From NCBI GenBank assembly GCA_002269645.1, contig NIVC01002459.1:80286-144285 (forward strand): 64,000 bases of DNA, written 5' to 3'. Shown one piece after another: positions 54,688 to 64,000 of the stretch. Every line of letters starts with the position of its first letter. Position 1 is the first letter of the stretch. The notes beneath the pieces are model-generated. The model was not told where the DNA came from. It did not search any database and was given only the letters and a program-made list of their open reading frames with translations. A program made the translations under genes and the position numbers. This DNA is from Macrostomum lignano (taxonomy: Eukaryota).

Positions 54688-57282
54688 TCACGTCAGCGTG
54701 TGAATCCTGTGAAGTCTCTTAGCATTCTCCACAGCCTTAGGCTCGCGTAGCCAGCTGTCCAGCCGCTGCACTTGTCCAGCGGACAGTCTGTGACTACCTA
54801 ATGGAGGCGAGGCCAATGCGTTGGCGCGGAGCAAGGCAGCGGGAACTGCCGCGTAGTAAATGTGACTCAACTGGGCTCGTCTGACTGGCGGGCGGGAGGC
54901 GGCCGCCAGAATGCCAGTGATGTACACGTCTTCAAGCCAGAACGGCGCCACTCGATCAGCTGCTCGGGTCAGAGCTGTGGCGGCTGCGTCCGATATGAGG
55001 TAGCCAGGGCCGCCCAGCGCATAATTCGGGAATCTGTTTGGCGCAAACGCCTGAGGCGGTGTGCAGAACTTGGACGAATTGTGCCTCTGCACCGGCGCCC
55101 CGCGCTGAATGTCGCCCAGGATTTCCGCTGACGAGTCCGGCAGGCTTGAAGCGGATTGCACTTTGGTGGAGTTGCTTCTAGGAGGATGTCTCGTAGAATT
55201 TCTGGGAACAGAATGACAAAACGAGTTGGTTTGTTATTTAAAATGTTCCCATCGTCAGGCATGTAGATTCGAACTCGTGACCAATACAGAGCGATACCAG
55301 GTGTCCCATTCTGACTTACAAAGGGATGAAATTTATACGAGCGTAGCAAAATTAATTTGATGATTTTGGTGAAATGTTAGAGTGCGAGGGGCGTATCCGC
55401 GCCGTCTATCGCTGTTTCATTATCGAGGTGGAGGTGGGACTTTATAATTAACTCGGCTGTCTGTTTATTCAGATGCTGGGGCGACCAAAATACGGTGCTC
55501 GGATGCGTGTTGACTCAAGACATACACACATATGCTATCAAGTGATCTAGGCTGTATTTGAACAGGTGCGAGGTCGGGCATTGAAGTACATCTACATGTA
55601 ACCAGTGCTGGGCAGCAAGTCCGTTAATAAGTGTTACGATTTTTCGTTAAGGATAGCAGCCTGTCTTTAAGCAACTTTTTCTAATTAATGGATTGATTAC
55701 CTTTGGATAGCTTCATTGTTAAAGTTGTATTCAGCGTTACTTTTTCCTACAAGTAATTCCGCTTTTTGTGTCGGTTGTCTTGAGAGATTCTGTAGATTAC
55801 ACTAAACCATTTTGTAGATTGCAGTAAACCCTTCTGTAGATTTCAGTAAACCATTGTGTAGATTACAGTAAACGCTTCTGTAGATTACAGTAAACCCTTC
55901 TGTACATTACAGTAAACCATTCTGTAGATTACAGTAAACCCTTCTGTAGATTACCGTAAACCCTTCTGTAGATTACAGTAAACCATTGTGTAGATTACAG
56001 TAAACCCTTCTGTAGATTACAGTAAACCCTTCTGTAGATTACAGTAAACCATTGTGTAGATTACAGTAAACCTTTCTGTAGATTATAGTAAACACTTTTT
56101 TAGATTACAGTAAACCATTCTGTAGATTACAGTAAACCCTTCTGTAGATTCAGCCATCAAGATTTGGTCTCACCTGGGATTTCGTTCGTCCAACTTCAGT
56201 CTTTGCCGCAGCAGCCGGTTCAGCGAGTTCGCATTCCAGACTGAGTCGTGATCGGACTTCAGCAAGTAGTGAAATGCGCCGCTGCAGTTTTGTGAATACC
56301 AACGTAGAAATGATAGAATCTGCAGAAAGTATATCAGATTTTTTTAAATCTTATAAGATTTTTGAGATTTCTTGACACATGCCGACATCTAAGGCGTCAA
56401 AATAAGTGTTAGGGGGCACCAAACTAAGACGTCAGGGGCGCCAAACTAATATGTCAGTGGCGCTAAACTAAGACCTCAGGGACGCCAAACTTAGATGTCA
56501 GGGGTGCCAAACTAAGATGTCAGGGGAGAAAAACTAAGATGTCAGGGGCGCCGAACTAAGATGTCAGGGGCGCCAAACTAAGATGTCAGGGGCGCCAAAC
56601 TAAGATGTCAGGGGCGCCAAACTAAGATGTCAGGGGCGCCAAACTAAGATGTCAGGGGCGCCAAACTAAAATGTCAGGGGCGCCAAACTAAGATGTAAGG
56701 AGCGCCAAACTTAGAAATCAGGGGCGCCAAACTAAGATGTCAGGGGCGCCAAACTAAGATGTCAGGGGCGCCAAACTAAGATGTCAGGGGCGCCAAACTA
56801 AGATGTCAGGGGCGCCAAACTAAGATGTCAGGGGTGCCAAACTAATATTCGCTAAACATGTTCGTATCCAGCTCTCCAGCTGTCTCCCAAGCACGCCTCA
56901 TCTAAGCCAGCATGCCGCAGGCAGCACCTTCAGTGTCAGACACTGGTAGGTGTCCTCCGTTGGTCCGCCCATCAGAAAAATGTCGCCAAACTTTGCGGAC
57001 TCCGAGGACAGCGCCGGGTCAGGGGCTTCACCCTCCGGCAGCTGGACAAGGAAGATCAGTAGTTCGAATCCCGTGCCGTTGTCGCGTCGACCCCACGTTT
57101 GGCGAACTAAGGACCTCTGCAGGGCCATGTTGGCCCTCAATGGTACAAAGACCAGCACTAAGTGGCGAGTCTTGGTTTGCTGGCAGGCCGCCTGCAGCAT
57201 TGCTGGAGGTTGATAACTCCAGCTGGCATTGCTCAGACAGTCGATCAGGCCCAGGTAACCTGAGCAGCTGCTCAGGCTTCTG
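54688..57282 (-). CDS. GT31 family beta-1,3-galactosyl/GlcNAc-transferase, catalytic exons
   Basis: Exons ~57282-56928, 56319-56174 and 55144-54688 join in phase. Motifs LVRQTWG, ESAKFGDI, DTYQCLTLK, YLLKSDHD (DxD), FPNYALGGPGYLIS, FWLEDVYITG. The N-terminal TM exon is not securely located. Confidence 0.88.
55785..56150. repeat. 21-22-bp minisatellite (TCTGTAGATTACAGTAAACCCT) in a GT31 intron
   Basis: Directly visible. Confidence 0.92.
56420..56845. repeat. 22-bp minisatellite (TCAGGGGCGCCAAACTAAGATG) in a GT31 intron
   Basis: Directly visible. Confidence 0.93.
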
Positions 57283-57439
57283 CTGAAATTTTAAGTTTAT
57301 AGAAAAAGATTTTCCCGCAGAAATTTTCCCCCGCCGAGATTTCCCCCCGCTCATCAACGGCCGCGTCATTGCCACGCATGCCCAGCTCACTGGCAGACTC
57401 TCCACAGTCTTCCAGAACGAAGTCAGCTTGCTATCAGCT

Positions 57440-58130
57440 CTTGCGCTGCAGAGCTGAACGCCAAGGGTACGACATGAGAGACTATTGTCATCCACTCTGA
57501 TAGCCAAGCGGCCTTACAGGCCCTTTGCCACACCACAACGAACTCCCGGACAGTCGCCGACTGCGTCCGGCAGCTCAACCTCCTGGCCAGTAGCAATACT
57601 GTCAGGCTGAAGTGGATCCCAGGGCACGCAGGGTTTCCGGGGAACGAGCTGACAGACACCCTCGCCAAGAGGGGCCGCTCTGGCTTTTTTTGGGCCTGCC
57701 CCCCTTAGCCTGGTCCCTATGCCCTCGACGGTCATCAATCGTCAGATCGAGGACTGGACTGACTCCCTCCACAGGGACAGATGGGCGGGGCACCCAAAAC
57801 TGCCGACAATCTCGTGCCGCGGTTCCGTGCCCCTCCCGCAGGCTTAGAAACGTCCTTCTGAACCAAAATCTGAAGGATATTCGAGCCCTAGCCATGACCT
57901 TTACCGGCCATGCTTCCTCTGAGGCGATCTCGAGAGTGAGCTTTGCCCCTTTTTCGAGTACGACAATGAAGATGCTCAGCACTTTGTTCGTCACTGCCCT
58001 TTCTTTACCAGAGACCGGCTACGCTACCTCGGGCCGAACCCGTCCATTGACGAAATCTGCCAGCCCGACAGCATCCCACGGCTCATCCAGTTCCTTCGGG
58101 CGACTAGACGAGCCAGTTTCTTCCCAACGG
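57440..58130 (+). mobile_element. 5'-truncated non-LTR retrotransposon fragment (RNase H and C-terminal Cys/His region)
   Basis: TIVIHSDSQAALQAL...VRLKWIPGHAGFPGNELTDTLAKRG is typical LINE RNase H; further on, frameshifted ALAMTFTGH and NEDAQHFVRHCP. Confidence 0.8.
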
Positions 58131-58384
58131 AAGATCACTCTGCAGGACGGACCGGCGGACCACCCTGACCGGCCCCACGCCTCTGCCTGTCTGCGGGTCT
58201 TCAGGGGCTAGCGGAATGGGCGAACCACCCTGCAGCTAATCCCGCCCACCGAGACTTCCCCGCCGAGACTCTCCCCTTGCGACTTTCCAACAGCGTCCAG
58301 GCGAGGTCAGGAGAGGTCAAAGCAGAAAGCGTCAGTCCGTCAGTAATATCCCCAGATGTTAAACACGCAACAGACTAACAGAAT

Positions 58385-58727
58385 TGTATAACTTTTTTAA
58401 TTTGTACGTAAAACTGTTACTGACCTTGGCCTTGGGTGAACAACGATACTCGTAGCATGTTTCCGACCGTATAACGCTTCCGTATGCGACCAGAGCAGCT
58501 CGACTAGCAATCCGCTTAGCAACAGGATAGCAACGCAGTTGACCGCCGCTTTGATCTGGCAGCAGGGCATAATTTTCTGCTGTTGGGAAAGTTGGGAAGG
58601 CTGCTTCAATGCGCGTAGGCCCAAATGGGCTGCAAAACGCTATATTATAAGCAAGCAATTTAATAATCAGTGCGGAAAGTGGAAACCCAGCGCTAAAAGA
58701 TAGATTTCTTAGTACTCTATGGTCCAA
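58385..58727 (-). CDS. Unassigned exon-like ORF, possibly the first (TM) exon of the GT31 gene
   Basis: ATG-initiated ORF with a hydrophobic stretch (FPLSALIIKLLAYNIAF); splice phase to the 57282 exon not confirmed. Confidence 0.25.
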
Positions 58728-59504
58728 ACCATGGGCTTTAGAGCAACCAATTTAATAATCCAAAGCACTCAATTATAGTTAGTCTAAGCGTGTTGAAACT
58801 GCAATTGAAACCGACTGAATGCATTGGAGTAAATGGGATTTTACCATAGACAGTCTCAGCGGACCGTGAAACTACAGCTATAGCTCTACCTATAGCTCGT
58901 TTCTGCCCTCTGCAGCCCATCAATATTGGTGTATTAGTCATTTAAAACTTGTGTCGCATTTAAACACTGTATTTTGGGAGACAAAACAATGAAGCACAAA
59001 CAGTTTGAGAAAGAAAACAGAACACAAATGAACCGACAACTGATTAAGGCAGAAAATTAGCAAAAGCGGGTCAGTGAAATGAAGCGCCTTGTCGACGCCT
59101 TCGGGTTTGTGACCGAGTTGAGCAGCTCCCCGATGAGCACCTGGAATAGGTCGGCAGTCAGTGTCTGGCTCACGATCTCATCGTATGGTGAACCAGTGCA
59201 AGATCCGGTGAAACCTCCTGGATGATTTTCATCAACATAGAAGCTCCGATGACATTCTGGAGTCACATCAGTCAGCCACTGGACGAATTCCTGCCTCCAT
59301 GCTTTGTCTAAGCTTTTGCTTATTGTGGCCACTCAAGACCATGGTGTCTCGCAGATATTTTATTTGTTTGCGCTTCATCAGCAGTGACAAAGCTTTCTCC
59401 GTCTTCTTTGAAAAGCTCGCTTGGCTTCCTTGTCTTCTACCATGTTGAATGCGTGCGTCTATTTGTAGCCAGTGCAACACAAGTAACTGTTTGAGTGAGG
59501 CTAG

Positions 59505-60345
59505 TCTGGGGGAGCGGGGCTAATCTGGGGGAGCGGGGCTAATTTCGGGGGAGTGGAGCTAATCTGGGGGAGTAGGGCTAATTTCGGGGGAGTGGGGCTA
59601 ATTTCGGGGGAGTGGGGCTAATTTCGGGGAGTGGGGCTAATTTCGGGGGAGTGGGGCTAATCTGGGGGAGTGGGGCTAATTTCGGGGGAGTGGAGCTAAT
59701 CTGGGGGAGTGGGGCTAATTTCGGGGGAGTGGGGCTAATCTGGGGAAGTAGGGCTAATTTGGGGGAGTGAGGCTAATCTGGGGGAGTGGGGCTAATTTGG
59801 GGGAGTGGGGCTAATTTGGGGGATTGAGCCTAATATGAAGGGAGTGGGGCTAATCTGGGGGAGTGGGGCTAATTTCGGGGAGTGGGGCTAATCTGGGGGA
59901 GTGGGGCTAATTTGGGGGGAGTGAGGCTAATCTGGGGGAGTGGGGCTAATTTGGGGGAGTGGGGCTAATCTGGGGGAGTGGGGCTAATTTGGGGGAATGA
60001 GGCTAATCTGGGGGAGTGGGGCTAATTTGGGGGAGTGGGGCTAATTTGGGGGATTGAGCCTAATATGAGGGAGTGGGGCTAATTTGAGGGAGTGGGGCTA
60101 ATTTGAGGGAGTGGGGCTAATTTGGGGGAGTGGGGCTAATTTGTGGGATTGAGCCTAATATGAGGGAGTGGGGCTAATTTGAGGGAGTGGGGCTAATTTG
60201 GGGGAGTGGGGCTAATTTGGGGGAGTGAGGCTATTTTGGGGGGAGTGAGGCTAATCTGGGGGAGTGGGGCTAATTTGGGGGAGTGGGGCTAATCTGGGGG
60301 AGAGTGGGGCTAATCTGAGTGGAATGTAATCTGGGGAGTGAGGCT
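59505..60345. repeat. G-rich ~20-bp minisatellite (GGGGAGTGGGGCTAATTTGG)
   Basis: Directly visible. Confidence 0.92.
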
Positions 60346-60799
60346 ATGTTGTGAATCACGATATAGGCTAGTATATTTCTCGCGCATTAATTAATGACTC
60401 AAGCCAATGCGCGATCACGAGCTGTTTAATGCACGCCTTTTCACATTTAAACTGTGTTACAATGACAAATCTGTATATTGACTTCTAAATAAAGTAATCA
60501 ATTTCAGGTCAGAAAAGAATGCCCTGATAAAGTACACACAAAGGTCACAGTCTAAGATTCAAAATAGTCCCAAAAAATCTTGTTAAATTAAGTCAACGAC
60601 AATTATCGTTTTCGTGCGCTAGAAATGATGATAGCGGAAAAGACACTAAAGCGAGATGCTCTGGGTCGATATATTTATGGATTTCAGTGAAGAAGCTATA
60701 TTATAGAAAAAAATTGGCTATTTAGGGTGATTTAGATAAGCTTTCTTGGCTGATGGGATAAACATCTATATATAGGATAATATAAATATAGATTAGTAC

Positions 60800-61560
60800 G
60801 AGTCACGCGGGGTGAGTTGCTGAGATGTCATGGCTCACGCGGGGTGAGTTGCTGAGATGTCATGGCTCACGCGGGGTGAGTTGCTGAGATGTCATGGCTC
60901 ATGCGGGGTGAGTTGCTGAGATGTCATGGCTCACGCGGGGTGAGTTGCTGAGATGTCATGGCTCACGCGGGGTGAGTTGCTGAGATGTCATGGCTCATGC
61001 GGGGTGAGTTGCTGAGATGTCATGGCTCACGCGGGGTGAGTTGCTGAGATGTCATGGCTCACGCGGGTGAGTTGCTGAGATGTCATGGCTCATGCGGGGT
61101 GAGTTGCTGAGATGTCATGGCTCACGCGGGGTGAGTTGCTGAGATGTCATGGCTCACGCGGGGTGAGTTGCTGAGATGTCATGGCTCATGCGGGGTGAGT
61201 TGCTGAGATGTCATGGCTCACGCAGGGTGAGTTGCTGAGATGTCATGGCTCACGCGGGGGGAGTTGCTGAGATGTCATGGCTCACGCGGGGTGAGTTGCT
61301 GAGATGTCATGGCTCACGCGGGGTGAGTTGCTGAGATGTCATGGCTCACGGGGGGGAGTTGCTGAGATGTCATGGCTCACGCGGGGTGAGTTGCTGAGAT
61401 GTCATGGCTCATGCGGGGTGAGTTGCTGAGATGTCATGGCTCACGCGGGGTGAGTTGCTGAGATGTCATGGCTCACGCGGGGGGAGTTGCTGAGATGTCA
61501 TGGCTCACGGGGGGAGTTGCTGAGAGTTCAAGGCTCACGCGGGGGAGTTGCTGAGATGTC
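60800..61560. repeat. 32-bp minisatellite (TCACGCGGGGTGAGTTGCTGAGATGTCATGGC)
   Basis: Directly visible, about 23 copies. Confidence 0.95.
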
Positions 61561-62164
61561 ATGGCTCACGGAGGGAATTGCTGAGAGTTCAAGGCTCATG
61601 GATGGAATTGCTGAGAGTTCAAGGCTCACGGAGGGAATCACCGATATGGTGGGGCTCATGGAAGAGTTTCTGAATCATCAAAGGGATACAATCAGGGTCA
61701 GGGTTAAGCTACTAAGATGCTCCTTGACACTCGGTTAGCGCTCTCTGACCTGAGCTTTGGTATAGGACAGGATGTGAAATAGAATTTATAGCAAAGGGTA
61801 CTCACCACTGCTAATTTCATCCAGTTGCAATGAAGCCAATTAATATAAATAAAGAAAACTGTAAATATTATATACGAGCTACGAGCGCAGCAAGCACTGA
61901 ATTCAATGAGGATTTGCAGTCACTGTATCGTTTGTCCCGATTAAATTATTTAACATGGGCAAGGTTGCACGATATGCCTAGGTGTTCACTCTGGGCCAAT
62001 GAGGTGCGCTGGTTATTGGATAGATTTTTTATGTTTCCGCGTGAAAACGTTTGACTCTGAGCAGAATACGAACTGTTCTGTAAAATTAGCTCAAAATTAT
62101 GATAAGACAGAGGGCAGAAATAAAAAAATTGGTGCTTAGTCAGACAAAAACAATGGTTCCAAAT

Positions 62165-62780
62165 ACCAGCTTTGGCGCCACCTTTCTCAAAGTTTTGGCG
62201 CCCCTTTCTCGAAGCCTTGGCGCCCTTTTTCTCGATGCTTTGGCGCCCTTTTTCTCTAAGCTTTGGCGCCCCCTTTATCGAAGCTTTGGCGTTCCCTTTA
62301 TCGAAGCTTTGGCGCCCCTTTCTTGAAGCCTTGGCGCCCCTTTCTTGAAGCCTTGGCGCCCCCTTTATCGAAGCTTTGGCGTCCCCTTTTCTCGAAGCTT
62401 TGGCGCCCCCTTTTCTCGAAGCTTTGGCGCCCCCTTTTCTCGAAGCTTTGGCGCCCCCTCTATCGAAGCTTTGGCGCCCCTTTATTCGAAGCTTTGGCGC
62501 CCCTTTTCTCGAAGTTTTGGCGCCCCTTTTCTCGAAGCTTTGGCGCCCCTTTTCTCGAAGCTTTGGCGCCCCTTTTCTCGAAGCTTTGGCGCCCCCTCTA
62601 TCGAAGCTTTGGCGCTTCCTCTATCGAAGCTTTGGCGCCCCCTTTCTCGAAGCTTTGGCGCCCCTTTCTCGAAGCTTTGGCGCCCCTTTCTCGAAGCCTT
62701 GGCGCCCCCTCTATCGAAGCTTTGGCGCCCCTTTCTCGAAGCCTTGGCGCCCCCTTTATCAAAGCTTTGGCGCCCCTCGA
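62165..62780. repeat. 22-24-bp minisatellite (CTTTGGCGCCCCTTTTCTCGAAG)
   Basis: Directly visible. Confidence 0.92.
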
Positions 62781-63464
62781 GTTGAGTGGCACCTTTTTAG
62801 ACGTGCTCAGTCGAGAAGAAAAAACATTTGAAGAAAAAGACAAAAAATTGTATATGCAGCTCGTAAAACTGAAACGCTGATTAATGTGAATTGAAAAATT
62901 TAGGTTCCAATTCGGGGTTGCTTTCAAGAAATAGGATTTTTCCGATCGATTTTTTCTATGGCAAAACCCCATTTAGCGCTATGCGGTCTCCAGAGCATGC
63001 TAATGATAGATAAAATATATATGTACGTTACTTTCTGGACTCCAGCTTATTTCTAAAAATATAATGTGGCGTCCTTCTATTTCAGCTGTTCAATTGTGAC
63101 AATTGACGCAACAAAATATTTCTTGTTTTCCAGCCTTGATTTGAGCTTCCTATATCGAAGGCAACTCTGAGAACATTGTTGTAAAAATGTTGCACAGTGA
63201 ATCGAAGCATTAGCGATACAAGGCATACAATGCCTTTTGCCGTAGTACCCTTGGGAGAGGAAAGAATTAAAAATTAAATCGCTTATTCATGCGTTATTCC
63301 TACATTGCGCACCTTAGCTGCGCGGAAAGGAACTCAAACACATTTTTTTACAGCGCTTTGCATGGTCGAAATGTGGGACATACGGAGCAATGTTATGCAG
63401 CTCTGCGTTCAAGCAACCGTGTGGGTTTTAGCAATAATTGAGTAAAAGGTTGTTTATAAGTGCG

Positions 63465-63665
63465 ATTCTCAGGCTGTTTATAGGGGCGATTCTCAGGCTG
63501 TTTATAGGGGCGATTCTCAGGCTGTTTATAGGGCGATTCTCAGGCTGTTTATAGGGGCGATTCTCAGGCTGTTATAGGGGCGATTCTCAGGCTGTTTATA
63601 GGGGCGATTCTCAGGCTGTTTATAGGGCGATTCTCAGGCTGTTTATAGGGCGATTGTCAGGCTGT
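63465..63665. repeat. 24-bp minisatellite (GGGGCGATTCTCAGGCTGTTTATA)
   Basis: Directly visible. Confidence 0.92.
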
Positions 63666-64000
63666 CAAATTTTATTCCAATATGGAACAAAGATAATTTC
63701 CAATTAATTCTTCTCGTAGTCAGTCTACGTCACACAAAGCAGTCACAAATGCTACTTGCGTTGCGCGTGCAAGGTCTTTGTTACCTAGATCTTACAGAAG
63801 ACTTCGCGCAAGCAGTATTGCTTTGGCGCGGGGCTAAGCTTATAGCAGCGCCACGCTTAGCAAAACTGCGATTTTTCGTTCTTTCACGGAGGTTGACGTT
63901 TTTTTTGTGCGTGAAAAGCTTTTGCTAGTTCTTGTAGAATCCTGAGCATCTTTCACGTACCTCGTGACCCTGGCTGAGACCTTATAATTTTATGATCCTA

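Noticed and set aside
59057-59480. Two overlapping minus-strand ORFs with protein-like composition
   Set aside because: No identifiable domain or clear splice sites; may be a relic but unsupported.
62263-62880. Three overlapping plus-strand ORFs (KLWRPF/EALAP/RSFGAP)
   Set aside because: Frames of the GGCGCCCC minisatellite.

Overview
Eukaryotic (animal, invertebrate-type) genomic DNA with spliceosomal GT-AG introns, many minisatellites and decayed transposons. The GC-rich exons with repeat-filled introns are reminiscent of the flatworm Macrostomum (inference only). No rRNA, CRISPR or prokaryotic features were seen. All recognisable host genes are on the minus strand: (1) a very large multi-exon single-pass receptor (4.5-14.3 kb, probable signal-peptide exons at 17.7-18.2 kb) with Cys-rich repeats, an IPT-like region, a REJ region, a GPS/GAIN motif, then a mucin stalk, a SEA-like domain and one TM helix, which is the most unusual item; (2) a TRAF (RING, zinc fingers, MATH); (3) a caspase with a QFCRG active site and a long helical prodomain; (4) a BTBD10/KCTD20 orthologue; (5) a GT31 beta-1,3-glycosyltransferase. 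Relics include a Ty3/gypsy protease fragment, a Polinton/Maverick-type integrase pseudogene, a LINE RNase H fragment and Mutator-like MITEs. About 30 tandem arrays fill introns and intergenic space, and several are built from splice-site motifs. Domain calls are by-eye motif recognition, not database searches, and repeat boundaries are approximate.
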